Assembly: GCA_053919585.1 (NCBI GenBank)
Contig: CM132813.1
Direction: 5' to 3' (one strand)
From: Euprymna scolopes
Taxonomy: Eukaryota
Length of the DNA: 64,000 nucleotides
Position numbers and translations under genes: made by a program. Of this stretch, positions 50,201 through 64,000 are shown one piece after another. Each line of letters opens with the position of its first letter. Within the stretch, counting starts at the first letter, position 1. The notes under the pieces were generated by a model. That model was not told the origin of the DNA. It made no database searches and saw nothing but the letters and a program-made list of their open reading frames with translations.

Positions 50201-53200
50201 GCATTCCCAATTCTAGATTTTCATTTCTAAATTAGACTGCATTCCCAATTCTAGATTTTCATTTCTAAATTAGACTGCATTCCCAATTCTAGATTTTCAT
50301 TTCTAGATTAGGCTGCATTCCCAATTCTAGATTTTCATTTCTAAATTATACAGCATTCCCAATTCTAGATTTTCATTATTCATTAGACTGCATTCCCAAT
50401 TCTAGATTTTCATTTCTAAATTAGACTGCATTCCCAATTCTAGATTTTCATTTCTAAATTAGTCTGCATTCCCAATTCTAGATTTTCATTTCTAAATTAG
50501 ACTGCATTCCCAATTCTAGATTTTCATTTCTTGATTAGGCTGCATTCCCAATTCTAGATTTTCATTTCTAAATTAGACAGCATTCCCAATTCTAGATTTT
50601 CATTATTCATTAGACTGCATTCCCAATTCTAGATTTTCATTTCTAAATTAGACTGCATTCCCAATTCTAGATTTTCATTTCTAGATTAGGCTGCATTCCC
50701 AATTCTAGATTTTCATTTCTAAATTAGACTGCATTCCCAATTCTAGATTTTCATTTCTAGATTAGGCTGCATTCCCAATTCTAGATTTTCATTTCTAAAT
50801 TAGACTGCATTCCCAATTCTAGATTTTCATTTCTAAATTAGAGAGCATTCCCAATTCTAGATTTTCATTTCTAAATTAGACTGCATTCCCAATTCTAGAT
50901 TTTCATTTCTAAATTAGACTGCATTCCCAATTCTAGATTTTCATTTCTAAATTAGGCTGCATTCCCAATTCTAGATTTTCATTTCTAAATTAGACTGCAT
51001 TCCCCATCTAGATTTTCATTTCTAAATTAGACTGCATTCCCAATTTTAGATTTTCATTTCTAAATTAGACTGCATTCCCAATTCTAGATTTTCATTTCTA
51101 AATTAGACTGCATTCCCAATTCTAGATTTTCATTTCTAAATTAGACTGCATTCCCAATTCTAGATTTTCATTTCTAGATTAGGCTGCATTCCCAATTCTA
51201 GATTTTCATTTCTAAATTAGACAGCATTCCCAATTCTAGATTTTCATTATTCATTAGACTGCATTCCCAATTCTAGATTTTCATTTCTAAATTAGATTGC
51301 ATTCCCAATTCTAGATTTTCATTTCTAAATTAGACTGCATTCCCAATTCTAGATTTTCATTTCTAAATTAGACTGCATTCCCAATTCTAGATTTTCATTT
51401 CTAAATTAGACTGCATTCCCAATTCTAGATTTTCATTTCTAAATTAGACTGCATTCCCAATTCTAGATTTTCATTTCTAGATTAGGCTGCATTCCCAATT
51501 CTAGATTTTCATTTCTAAATTAGACAGCATTCCCAATTCTAGATTTTCATTATTCATTAGACTGCATTCCCAATTCTAGATTTTCATTTCTAAATTAGAC
51601 TGCATTCCCAATTCTAGATTTTCATTTCTAAATTAGTCTGCATTCCCAATTCTAGATTTTCATTTCTAAATTAGACTGCATTCCCAATTCTAGATTTTCA
51701 TTTCTTGATTAGGCTGCATTCCCAATTCTAGATTTTCATTTCTAAATTAGACAGCATTCCCAATTCTAGATTTTCATTATTCATTAGACTGCATTCCCAA
51801 TTCTAGATTTTAATTTCTAAATTAGACTGCATTCCCAATTCTAGATTTTCATTTCTAGATTAGGCTGCATTCCCAATTCTAGATTTTCATTTCTAAATTA
51901 GACTGCATTCCCAATTCTAGATTTTCATTTCTAGATTAGGCTGCATTCCCAATTCTAGATTTTCATTTCTAAATTAGACTGCATTCCCAATTCTAGATTT
52001 TCATTTCTAAATTAGACAGCATTCCCAATTCTAGATTTTCATTTCTAAATTAGACTGCATTCCCAATTCTAGATTTTCATTTCTAAATTAGACTGCATTC
52101 CCAATTCTAGATTTTCATTACTAAATTAGACTGCATTCCCAATTCTAGATTTTCATTTCTAAATTAGACTGCATTCCCAATTCTAGATTTTCATTTCTAG
52201 ATTAGGCTGCATTCCCAATTCTAGATTTTCATTTCTAAATAAGACAGCATTCCCAATTCTAGATTTTCATTATTCATTAGACTGCATTCCCAATTCTAGA
52301 TTTTCATTTCTAAATTAGACTGCATTCCCAATTCTAGATTTTCATTTCTAAATTAGACTGCATTCCCAATTCTAGATATTCATTTCTAAATTAGACTGCA
52401 TTCCCAATTCTAGATTTTCATTTCTAAATTAGACTGCATTCCCAATTCTAGATTTTCATTTCTAGATTAGGCTGCATTCCCAATTCTAGATTTTCATTTC
52501 TAAATTAGACTGCATTCCCAACTCTAGATTTTCATTATTCATTAGACTGCATTCCCAATTCTAGATTTTCATTATTCATTAGACTGCATTCCCAATTCTA
52601 GATTTTCATTTCTAAATTAGACTGCATTCCCAATTCTAGATTTTCATTTCTAAATTAGACTGCATTCCCAATTCTAGATTTTCATTTCTAGATTAGGCTG
52701 CATTCCCAATTCTAGATTTTCATTTCTAAATTAGACTGCATTCCCAATTCTAGATTTTCATTTCTAGATTAGGCTGCATTCCCAATTCTAGATTTTCATT
52801 TCTAAATTAGACTGCATTCCCAATTCTAGATTTTCATTTCTAAATTAGACAGCATTCCCAATTCTAGATTTTCATTTCTAAATTAGACTGCATTCCCAAT
52901 TCTAGATTTTCATTTCTAAATTAGACTGCATTCCCAATTCTAGATTTTCATTTCTAAATTAGACTGCATTCCCAATTCTAGATTTTCATTTCTAAATTAG
53001 ACTGCATTCCCAATTCTAGATTTTCATTTCTAGATTAGGCTGCATTCCCAAATCTAGATTTTCATTTCCAAATTAGACAGCATTCCCAATTCTAGATTTT
53101 CATTATTCATTAGACTGCATTCCCAATTCTAGATTTTCATTTCTAAATTAGACTGCATTCCCAATTCTAGATTTTCATTTCTAAATTAGACTGCATTCCC

Positions 53201-56200
53201 AATTCTAGATTTTCATTTCTAAATTAGACTGCATTCCCAATTCTAGATTTTCATTTCTAAATTAGACTGCATTCCCAATTCTAGATTTTCATTTCTAAAT
53301 TAGACTGCATTCCCAATTCTAGATTTTCATTTCTAGATTAGGCTGCATTCCCAATTCTAGATTTTCATTTCTAAATTAGACTGCATTCCCAACTCTAGAT
53401 TTTCATTATTCATTAGACTGCATTCCCAATTCTAGATTTTCATTATTGATTAGACTGCATTCCCAATTCTAGATTTTCATTTCTAAATTAGACTGCATTC
53501 CCAATTCTAGATTTTCATTTCTAAATTAGACTGCATTCCCAATTCTAGATTTTCATTTCTAAATTAGACTGCATTCCCAATTCTAGATTTTCATTTCTAG
53601 ATTAGGCTGCATTCCCAATTCTAGATTTTCATTTCTAAATTAGACAGCATTCCCAATTCTAGATTTTCATTATTCATTAGACTGCATTCCCAATTCTAGA
53701 TTTTCATTTCTAAATTAGACTGACATTCCCAATTCTAGATTTTCATTTCTAAATTAGACTGCATTCCCAATTCTAGATTTTCATTTCTAAATTAGACTGC
53801 ATTCCCAATTCTAGATTTTCATTTCTAAATTAGACTGCATTCCCAATTCTAGATTTTCATTTCTAAATTAGGCTGCATTCCCAATTCTAGATTTTCATTT
53901 CTAAATTAGACTGCATTCCCCATCTAGATTTTCATTTCTAAATTAGACTGCATTCCCAATTTTAGATTTTCATTTCTAAATTAGACTGCATTCCCAATTC
54001 TAGATTTTCATTTCTAAATTAGACTGCATTCCCAATTCTAGATTTTCATTTCTAAATTAGACTGCATTCCCAATTCTAGATTTTCATTTCTAGATTAGGC
54101 TGCATTCCCAATTCTAGATTTTCATTTCTAAATTAGACAGCATTCCCAATTCTAGATTTTCATTATTCATTAGACTGCATTCCCAATTCTAGATTTTCAT
54201 TTCTAAATTAGATTGCATTCCCAATTCTAGATTTTCATTTCTAAATTAGACTGCATTCCCAATTCTAGATTTTCATTTCTAAATTAGACTGCATTCCCAA
54301 TTCTAGATTTTCATTTCTAAATTAGACTGCATTCCCAATTCTAGATTTTCATTTCTAAATTAGACTGCATTCCCAATTCTAGATTTTCATTTCTAGATTA
54401 GGCTGCATTCCCAATTCTAGATTTTCATTTCTAAATTAGACAGCATTCCCAATTCTAGATTTTCATTATTCATTAGACTGCATTCCCAATTCTAGATTTT
54501 CATTTCTAAATTAGACTGCATTCCCAATTCTAGATTTTCATTTCTAAATTAGTCTGCATTCCCAATTCTAGATTTTCATTTCTAAATTAGACTGCATTCC
54601 CAATTCTAGATTTTCATTTCTTGATTAGGCTGCATTCCCAATTCTAGATTTTCATTTCTAAATTAGACAGCATTCCCAATTCTAGATTTTCATTATTCAT
54701 TAGACTGCATTCCCAATTCTAGATTTTAATTTCTAAATTAGACTGCATTCCCAATTCTAGATTTTCATTTCTAGATTAGGCTGCATTCCCAATTCTAGAT
54801 TTTCATTTCTAAATTAGACTGCATTCCCAATTCTAGATTTTCATTTCTAGATTAGGCTGCATTCCCAATTCTAGATTTTCATTTCTAAATTAGACTGCAT
54901 TCCCAATTCTAGATTTTCATTTCTAAATTAGACAGCATTCCCAATTCTAGATTTTCATTTCTAAATTAGACTGCATTCCCAATTCTAGATTTTCATTTCT
55001 AAATTAGACTGCATTCCCAATTCTAGATTTTCATTACTAAATTAGACTGCATTCCCAATTCTAGATTTTCATTTCTAAATTAGACTGCATTCCCAATTCT
55101 AGATTTTCATTTCTAGATTAGGCTGCATTCCCAATTCTAGATTTTCATTTCTAAATAAGACAGCATTCCCAATTCTAGATTTTCATTATTCATTAGACTG
55201 CATTCCCAATTCTAGATTTTCATTTCTAAATTAGACTGCATTCCCAATTCTAGATTTTCATTTCTAAATTAGACTGCATTCCCAATTCTAGATATTCATT
55301 TCTAAATTAGACTGCATTCCCAATTCTAGATTTTCATTTCTAAATTAGACTGCATTCCCAATTCTAGATTTTCATTTCTAGATTAGGCTGCATTCCCAAT
55401 TCTAGATTTTCATTTCTAAATTAGACTGCATTCCCAACTCTAGATTTTCATTATTCATTAGACTGCATTCCCAATTCTAGATTTTCATTATTCATTAGAC
55501 TGCATTCCCAATTCTAGATTTTCATTTCTAAATTAGACTGCATTCCCAATTCTAGATTTTCATTTCTAAATTAGACTGCATTCCCAATTCTAGATTTTCA
55601 TTTCTAGATTAGGCTGCATTCCCAATTCTAGATTTTCATTTCTAAATTAGACTGCATTCCCAATTCTAGATTTTCATTTCTAGATTAGGCTGCATTCCCA
55701 ATTCTAGATTTTCATTTCTAAATTAGACTGCATTCCCAATTCTAGATTTTCATTTCTAAATTAGACAGCATTCCCAATTCTAGATTTTCATTTCTAAATT
55801 AGACTGCATTCCCAATTCTAGATTTTCATTTCTAAATTAGACTGCATTCCCAATTCTAGATTTTCATTTCTAAATTAGACTGCATTCCCAATTCTAGATT
55901 TTCATTTCTAAATTAGACTGCATTCCCAATTCTAGATTTTCATTTCTAGATTAGGCTGCATTCCCAAATCTAGATTTTCATTTCCAAATTAGACAGCATT
56001 CCCAATTCTAGATTTTCATTATTCATTAGACTGCATTCCCAATTCTAGATTTTCATTTCTAAATTAGACTGCATTCCCAATTCTAGATTTTCATTTCTAA
56101 ATTAGACTGCATTCCCAATTCTAGATTTTCATTTCTAAATTAGACTGCATTCCCAATTCTAGATTTTCATTTCTAAATTAGACTGCATTCCCAATTCTAG

Positions 56201-59200
56201 ATTTTCATTTCTAAATTAGACTGCATTCCCAATTCTAGATTTTCATTTCTAGATTAGGCTGCATTCCCAATTCTAGATTTTCATTTCTAAATTAGACTGC
56301 ATTCCCAACTCTAGATTTTCATTATTCATTAGACTGCATTCCCAATTCTAGATTTTCATTATTGATTAGACTGCATTCCCAATTCTAGATTTTCATTTCT
56401 AAATTAGACTGCATTCCCAATTCTAGATTTTCATTTCTAAATTAGACTGCATTCCCAATTCTAGATTTTCATTTCTAAATTAGACTGCATTCCCAATTCT
56501 AGATTTTCATTTCTAGATTAGGCTGCATTCCCAATTCTAGATTTTCATTTCTAAATTAGACAGCATTCCCAATTCTAGATTTTCATTATTCATTAGACTG
56601 CATTCCCAATTCTAGATTTTCATTTCTAAATTAGACTGACATTCCCAATTCTAGATTTTCATTTCTAAATTAGACTGCATTCCCAATTCTAGATTTTCAT
56701 TTCTAAATTAGACTGCATTCCCAATTCTAGATTTTCATTTCTAGATTAGGCTGCATTCCCAATTCTAGATTTTCATTTCTAAATTAGACTGCATTCCCAA
56801 TTTTAGATTTTCATTTCTAAATTAGACTGCATTCCCAATTCTAGATTTTCATTTCTAAATTAGACTGCATTCCCAATTCTAGATTTTCATTTCTAAATTA
56901 GACTGCATTCCCAATTCTAGATTTTCATTTCTAGATTAGGCTGCATTCCCAATTCTAGATTTTCATTTCTAAATTAGACAGCATTCCCAATTCTAGATTT
57001 TCATTATTCATTGGACTGCATTCCCAATTCTAGATTTTCATTTCTAAATTAGATTGCATTCCCAATTCTAGATTTTCATTTCTAAATTAGACTGCATTCC
57101 CAATTCTAGATTTTCATTTCTAAATTAGACTGCATTCCCAATTCTAGATTTTCATTTCTAAATTAGACTGCATTCCCAATTCTAGATTTTCATTTCTAAA
57201 TTAGACTGCATTCCCAATTCTAGATTTTCATTTCTAGATTAGGCTGCATTCCCAATTCTAGATTTTCATTTCTAAATTATACAGCATTCCCAATTCTAGA
57301 TTTTCATTATTCATTAGACTGCATTCCCAATTCTAGATTTTCATTTCTAAATTAGACTGCATTCCCAATTCTAGATTTTCATTTCTAAATTAGTCTGCAT
57401 TCCCAATTCTAGATTTTCATTTCTAAATTAGACTGCATTCCCAATTCTAGATTTTCATTTCTTGATTAGGCTGCATTCCCAATTCTAGATTTTCATTTCT
57501 AAATTAGACAGCATTCCCAATTCTAGATTTTCATTATTCATTAGACTGCATTCCCAATTCTAGATTTTCATTTCTAAATTAGACTGCATTCCCAATTCTA
57601 GATTTTCATTTCTAGATTAGGCTGCATTCCCAATTCTAGATTTTCATTTCTAAATTAGACTGCATTCCCAATTCTAGATTTTCATTTCTAGATTAGGCTG
57701 CATTCCCAATTCTAGATTTTCATTTCTAAATTAGACTGCATTCCCAATTCTAGATTTTCATTTCTAAATTAGAGAGCATTCCCAATTCTAGATTTTCATT
57801 TCTAAATTAGACTGCATTCCCAATTCTAGATTTTCATTTCTAAATTAGACTGCATTCCCAATTCTAGATTTTCATTTCTAAATTAGACTGCATTCCCAAT
57901 TCTAGATTTTCATTTCTAAATAAGACTGCATTCCCAATTCTAGATTTTCATTTCTAGATTAGGCTGCATTCCCAATTCTAGATTTTCATTTCTAAATTAG
58001 ACAGCATTCCCAATTCTAGATTTTCATTATTCATTAGACTGCATTCCCAATTCTAGATTTTCATTTCTAAATTAGACTGCATTCCCAATTCTAGATTTTC
58101 ATTTCTAAATTAGACTGCATTCCCAATTCTAGATTTTCATTTCTAAATTAGACTGCATTCCCAATTCTGGATATTCATTTCTAAATTAGACTGCATTCCC
58201 AATTCTAGATTTTCATTTCTAGATTAGGCTGCATTCCCAATTCTAGATTTTCATTTCTAAATTAGACAGCATTCCCAATTCTAGATTTTCATTATTCATT
58301 AGACTGCATTCCCAATTCTAGATTTTCATTTCTAAATTAGACTGCATTCCCAATTCTAGATTTTCATTTCTAAATTAGACAGCATTCCCAATTCTAGATT
58401 TTCATTATTCATTAGACTGCATTCCCAATTCTAGATTTTCATTTCTAAATTAGACTGCATTCCCAATTCTAGATTTTCATTTCTAAATTAGACTGCATTC
58501 CCAATTCTAGATTTTCATTTCTAGATTAGGCTGCATTCCCAATTCTAGATTTTCATTTCTAAATTAGACTGCATTCCCAATTCTAGATTTTCATTATTCA
58601 TTAGACTGCATTCCCAATTCTAGATTTTCATTTCTAAATTAGACTGCATTCCCAATGCTAGATTTTCATTTCTAAATTAGACTGCATTCCCAATTATAGA
58701 TTTTCATTTCTAAATTAGACTGCATTCCTAATTCTAGATTTTCATTTCTAAATTAGACTGCATTCCCAATTCTAGATTTTCATTTCTAGATTAGGCTGCA
58801 TTCCCAATTCTAGATTTTCATTTCTAAATTAGACAGCATTCCCAATTCTAGATTTTCATTATTCATTAGACTGCATTCCCAATTCTAGATTTTAATTTCT
58901 AAATTAGACTGCATTCCCAATTCTAGATTTTCATTTCTAAATTAGACTGCATTCCCAATTCTAGATTTTCATTTCTAGATTAGGCTGCATTCCCAATTCT
59001 AGATTTTCATTTCTAAATTTGACTGCATTCCCAATTCTAGATTTTCATTATTCATTAGACTGCATTCCCAATTCTAGATTTTCATTATTCATTAGACTGC
59101 ATTCCCAATTCTAGATTTTCATTTCTAAATTAGACTGCATTCCCAATTCTAGATTTTCATTTCTAAATTAGACTGCATTCCCAATTATAGATTTTCATTT

Positions 59201-62200
59201 CTAAATTAGACAGCATTCCCAATTCTAGATTTTCATTATTCATTAGACTGCATTCCCAATTCTAGATTTTCATTTCTAAATTAGACTGCATTCCCAATTC
59301 TAGATTTTCATTTCTAAATTAGACTGCATTCCCAATTCTAGATTTTCATTTCTAGATTAGGCTGCATTCCCAATTCTAGATTTTCATTTCTAAATTAGAC
59401 TGCATTCCCAATTCTAGATTTTCATAATTCATTAGACTGCATTCCCAATTCTAGATTTTCATTATTCATTAGACTGCATTCCCAATTCTAGATTTTCATT
59501 TCTAAATTAGACTGCATTCCCAATTCTAGATTTTCATTTCTAAATTAGACTGCATTCCCAATTCTAGATTTTCATTTCTAAATTAGACTGCATTCCCAAT
59601 TCTAGATTTTCATTTCTAGATTAGGCTGCATTCCCAATTCTAGATTTTCATTTCTAAATTAGACAGCATTCCCAATTCTAGATTTTCATTATTCATTAGA
59701 CTGCATTCCCAATTCTAGATTTTCATTTCTAAATTAGACTGCATTCCCAATTCTAGATTTTCATTTCTAAATTAGACTGCATTCCCAATTCTAGATTTTC
59801 ATTTCTAGATTAGGCTGCATTCCCAATTCTAGATTTTCATTTCTAAATTAGACTGCATTCCCAATTCTAGATTTTCATTATTCATTAGACTGCATTCCCA
59901 ATTCTAGATTTTCATTTCTAAATTAGACTGCATTCCCAATGCTAGATTTTCATTTCTAAATTAGACTGCATTCCCAATTATAGATTTTCATTTCTAAATT
60001 AGACTGCATTCCCAATTCTAGATTTTCATTTCTAAATTAGACTGCATTCCCAATTCTAGATTTTCATTTCTATATTAGGCTGCATTCCCAATTCTAGATT
60101 TTCATTTCTAAATTAGACAGCATTCCCAATTCTAGATTTTCATTATTCATTAGACTGCATTCCCAATTCTAGATTTTCATTTCTAAATTAGACTGCATTC
60201 CCAATTCTAGATTTTCATTTCTAAATTAGACTGCATTCCCAATTCTAGATTTTCATTTCTAGATTAGGCTGCATTCCCAATTCTAGATTTTCATTTCTAA
60301 ATTAGACTGCATTCCCAATTCTAGATTTTCATTTCTTGATTAGGCTGCATTCCCAATTCTAGATTTTCATTTCTAAATTAGACTGCATTCCCAATTCTAG
60401 ATTTTCATTTCTAAATTAGACTGCATTCCCAATTCTAGATTTTCATTTCTAGATTAGGCTGCATTCCCAATTCTAGATTTTCATTTCTAAATTAGACAGC
60501 ATTCCCAATTCTAGATTTTCATTATTCATTAGACTGCATTCCCAATTCTAGATTTTCATTTCTAAATTAGACTGCATTCCCAATTCTAGATTTTCATTTC
60601 TAAATTAGACTGCATTCCCAATTCTAGATTTTCATTTCTAGATTAGGCTGCATTCCCAATTCTAGATTTTCATTTCTAAATTAGACAGCATTCCCAATTC
60701 TAGATTTTCATTTCTAAATTAGACTGCATTCCCAATTCTAGATTTTCATTTCTAAATTAGACTGCATTCCCAATTCTAGATTTTCATTTCTAAATTAGAC
60801 TGCATTCCCAATTCTAGATTTTCATTTCTAGATTAGGCTGCATTCCCAATTCTAGATTTTCATTTCTAAATTAGACAGCATTCCCAATTCTAGATTTTCA
60901 TTATTCATTAGACTGCATTCCCAATTCTAGATTTTCATTTCTAAATTAGACTGCATTCCCAATTCTAGATTTTCATTTCTAAATTAGACTGCATTCCCAA
61001 TTCTAGATTTTCATTTCTAAATTAGACTGCATTCCCAATTCTAGATTTTCATTTCTAAATTAGACTGCATTCCCAATTCTAGATTTTAATGTCTAAATTA
61101 GACTGCATTCCCAATTCTAGATTTTCATTTCTAAATTAGACTGCATTCCCAATTCTAGATTTTCATTTCTAAATTAGACTGCATTCCCAATTCTAGATTT
61201 TCATTTCTAAATTAGGCTGCATTCCCAATTCTAGATTTTCATTTCTAAATTAGACTGCATTCCCCATCTAGATTTTCATTTCTAAATTAGACTGCATTCC
61301 CAATTTTAGATTTTCATTTCTAAATTAGACTGCATTCCCAATTCTAGATTTTCATTTCTAAATTAGACTGCATTCCCAATTCTAGATTTTCATTTCTAAA
61401 TTAGACTGCATTCCCAATTCTAGATTTTCATTTCTAGATTAAGCTGCATTCCCAATTCTAGATTTTCATTTCTAAATTAGACAGCATTCCCAATTCTAGA
61501 TTTTCATTATTCATTAGACTGCATTCCCAATTCTAGATTTTCATTTCTAAATTAGATTGCATTCCCAATTCTAGATTTTCATTTCTAAATTAGACTGCAT
61601 TCCCAATTCTAGATTTTCATTTCTAAATTAGACTGCATTCCCAATTCTAGATTTTCATTTCTAAATTAGACTGCATTCCCAATTCTAGATTTTCATTTCT
61701 AAATTAGACTGCATTCCCAATTCTAGATTTTCATTTCTAGATTAGGCTGCATTCCCAATTCTAGATTTTCATTTCTAAATTAGACAGCATTCCCAATTCT
61801 AGATTTTCATTATTCATTAGACTGCATTCCCAATTCTAGATTTTCATTTCTAAATTAGACTGCATTCCCAATTCTAGATTTTCATTTCTAAATTAGTCTG
61901 CATTCCCAATTCTAGATTTTCATTTCTAAATTAGACTGCATTCCCAATTCTAGATTTTCATTTCTTGATTAGGCTGCATTCCCAATTCTAGATTTTCATT
62001 TCTAAATTAGACAGCATTCCCAATTCTAGATTTTCATTATTCATTAGACTGCATTCCCAATTCTAGATTTTCATTTCTAAATTAGACTGCATTCCCAATT
62101 CTAGATTTTCATTTCTAGATTAGGCTGCATTCCCAATTCTAGATTTTCATTTCTAAATTAGACTGCATTCCCAATTCTAGATTTTCATTTCTAGATTAGG

Positions 62201-64000
62201 CTGCATTCCCAATTCTAGATTTTCATTTCTAAATTAGACTGCATTCCCAATTCTAGATTTTCATTTCTAAATTAGACAGCATTCCCAATTCTAGATTTTC
62301 ATTTCTAAATTAGACTGCATTCCCAATTCTAGATTTTCATTTCTAAATTAGACTGCATTCCCAATTCTAGATTTTCATTACTAAATTAGACTGCATTCCC
62401 AATTCTAGATTTTCATTTCTAAATTAGACTGCATTCCCAATTCTAGATTTTCATTTCTAGATTAGGCTGCATTCCCAATTCTAGATTTTCATTTCTAAAT
62501 AAGACAGCATTCCCAATTCTAGATTTTCATTATTCATTAGACTGCATTCCCAATTCTAGATTTTCATTTCTAAATTAGACTGCATTCCCAATTCTAGATT
62601 TTCATTTCTAAATTAGACTGCATTCCCAATTCTAGATATTCATTTCTAAATTAGACTGCATTCCCAATTCTAGATTTTCATTTCTAAATTAGACTGCATT
62701 CCCAATTCTAGATTTTCATTTCTAGATTAGGCTGCATTCCCAATTCTAGATTTTCATTTCTAAATTAGACTGCATTCCCAACTCTAGATTTTCATTATTC
62801 ATTAGACTGCATTCCCAATTCTAGATTTTCATTATTCATTAGACTGCATTCCCAATTCTAGATTTTCATTTCTAAATTAGACTGCATTCCCAATTCTAGA
62901 TTTTCATTTCTAAATTAGACTGCATTCCCAATTCTAGATTTTCATTTCTAAATTAGACTGCATTCCCAATTCTAGATTTTCATTTCTAGATTAGGCTGCA
63001 TTCCCAATTCTAGATTTTCATTTCTAAATTAGACAGCATTCCCAATTCTAGATTTTCATTATTCATTAGACTGCATTCCCAATTCTAGATTTTCATTTCT
63101 AAATTAGACTGCATTCCCAATTCTAGATTTTCATTTCTAAATTAGACTGCATTCCCAATTCTAGATTTTCATTTCTAAATTAGACTGCATTCCCAATTCT
63201 AGATTTTCATTTCTAGATTAGGCTGCATTCCCAATTCTAGATTTTCATTTCTAAATTAGACTGCATTCCCAATTTTAGATTTTCATTTCTAAATTAGACT
63301 GCATTCCCAATTCTAGATTTTCATTTCTAAATTAGACTGCATTCCCAATTCTAGATTTTCATTTCTAAATTAGACTGCATTCCCAATTCTAGATTTTCAT
63401 TTCTAGATTAGGCTGCATTCCCAATTCTAGATTTTCATTTCTAAATTAGACAGCATTCCCAATTCTAGATTTTCATTATTCATTAGACTGCATTCCCAAT
63501 TCTAGATTTTCATTTCTAAATTAGATTGCATTCCCAATTCTAGATTTTCATTTCTAAATTAGACTGCATTCCCAATTCTAGATTTTCATTTCTAAATTAG
63601 ACTGCATTCCCAATTCTAGATTTTCATTTCTAAATTAGACTGCATTCCCAATTCTAGATTTTCATTTCTAAATTAGACTGCATTCCCAATTCTAGATTTT
63701 CATTTCTAGATTAGGCTGCATTCCCAATTCTAGATTTTCATTTCTAAATTAGACAGCATTCCCAATTCTAGATTTTCATTATTCATTAGACTGCATTCCC
63801 AATTCTAGATTTTCATTTCTAAATTAGACTGCATTCCCAATTCTAGATTTTCATTTCTAAATTAGTCTGCATTCCCAATTCTAGATTTTCATTTCTAAAT
63901 TAGACTGCATTCCCAATTCTAGATTTTCATTTCTTGATTAGGCTGCATTCCCAATTCTAGATTTTCATTTCTAAATTAGACTGCATTCCCAATTCTAGAT
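17209..64000. repeat. 38-bp satellite DNA array, about 46.8 kb and about 1,230 monomers, single orientation, runs off the right edge
   Basis: Consensus TTCTAGATTTTCATTTCTAAATTAGACTGCATTCCCAA (gactg at 17238 and 17276). Recurrent variants: TCTAGATTAGGCT, ATTATTCATTAG (37 bp), TAGACAGC, CCAACTCT. No foreign insertion seen. Confidence 0.99.

Noticed and set aside
17209-64000. CRISPR-like reading (constant 25-bp part plus variable 12-13-bp part)
   Set aside because: The variable parts are a few closely related variants, not unique spacers; there are no cas genes and the context is eukaryotic.
17209-64000. Repeat-encoded protein
   Set aside because: TAG/TAA/TGA codons recur in every monomer on both strands and the 38-bp unit shifts frame; the ORF track has nothing here.

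Overview
AT-rich animal (invertebrate-like) genomic DNA with no recognisable host gene. Bases 1-17.2 kb are a dense mosaic of transposable elements and (TA)n microsatellites. They include two decayed Tc1/mariner transposases, a 5S-rRNA-headed SINE with RTE-like body and tail, and a 5'-truncated but open CR1/L2-group LINE ORF plus an older fragment of the same family. Also present are several non-autonomous Helitron-like elements, a TSD-flanked insert carrying a U2 snRNA segment, and three unrelated fold-back (palindromic) elements whose arms each contain a degenerate minimal hammerhead-ribozyme motif, as in Penelope-like retroelement pLTRs. From about 17,209 to the window end there is one uninterrupted 38-bp satellite array (about 46.8 kb, about 1,230 monomers) with 5-/7-/12-mer higher-order units and nested multi-kb duplications. 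All family assignments come from motif recognition by eye; no database search was run.
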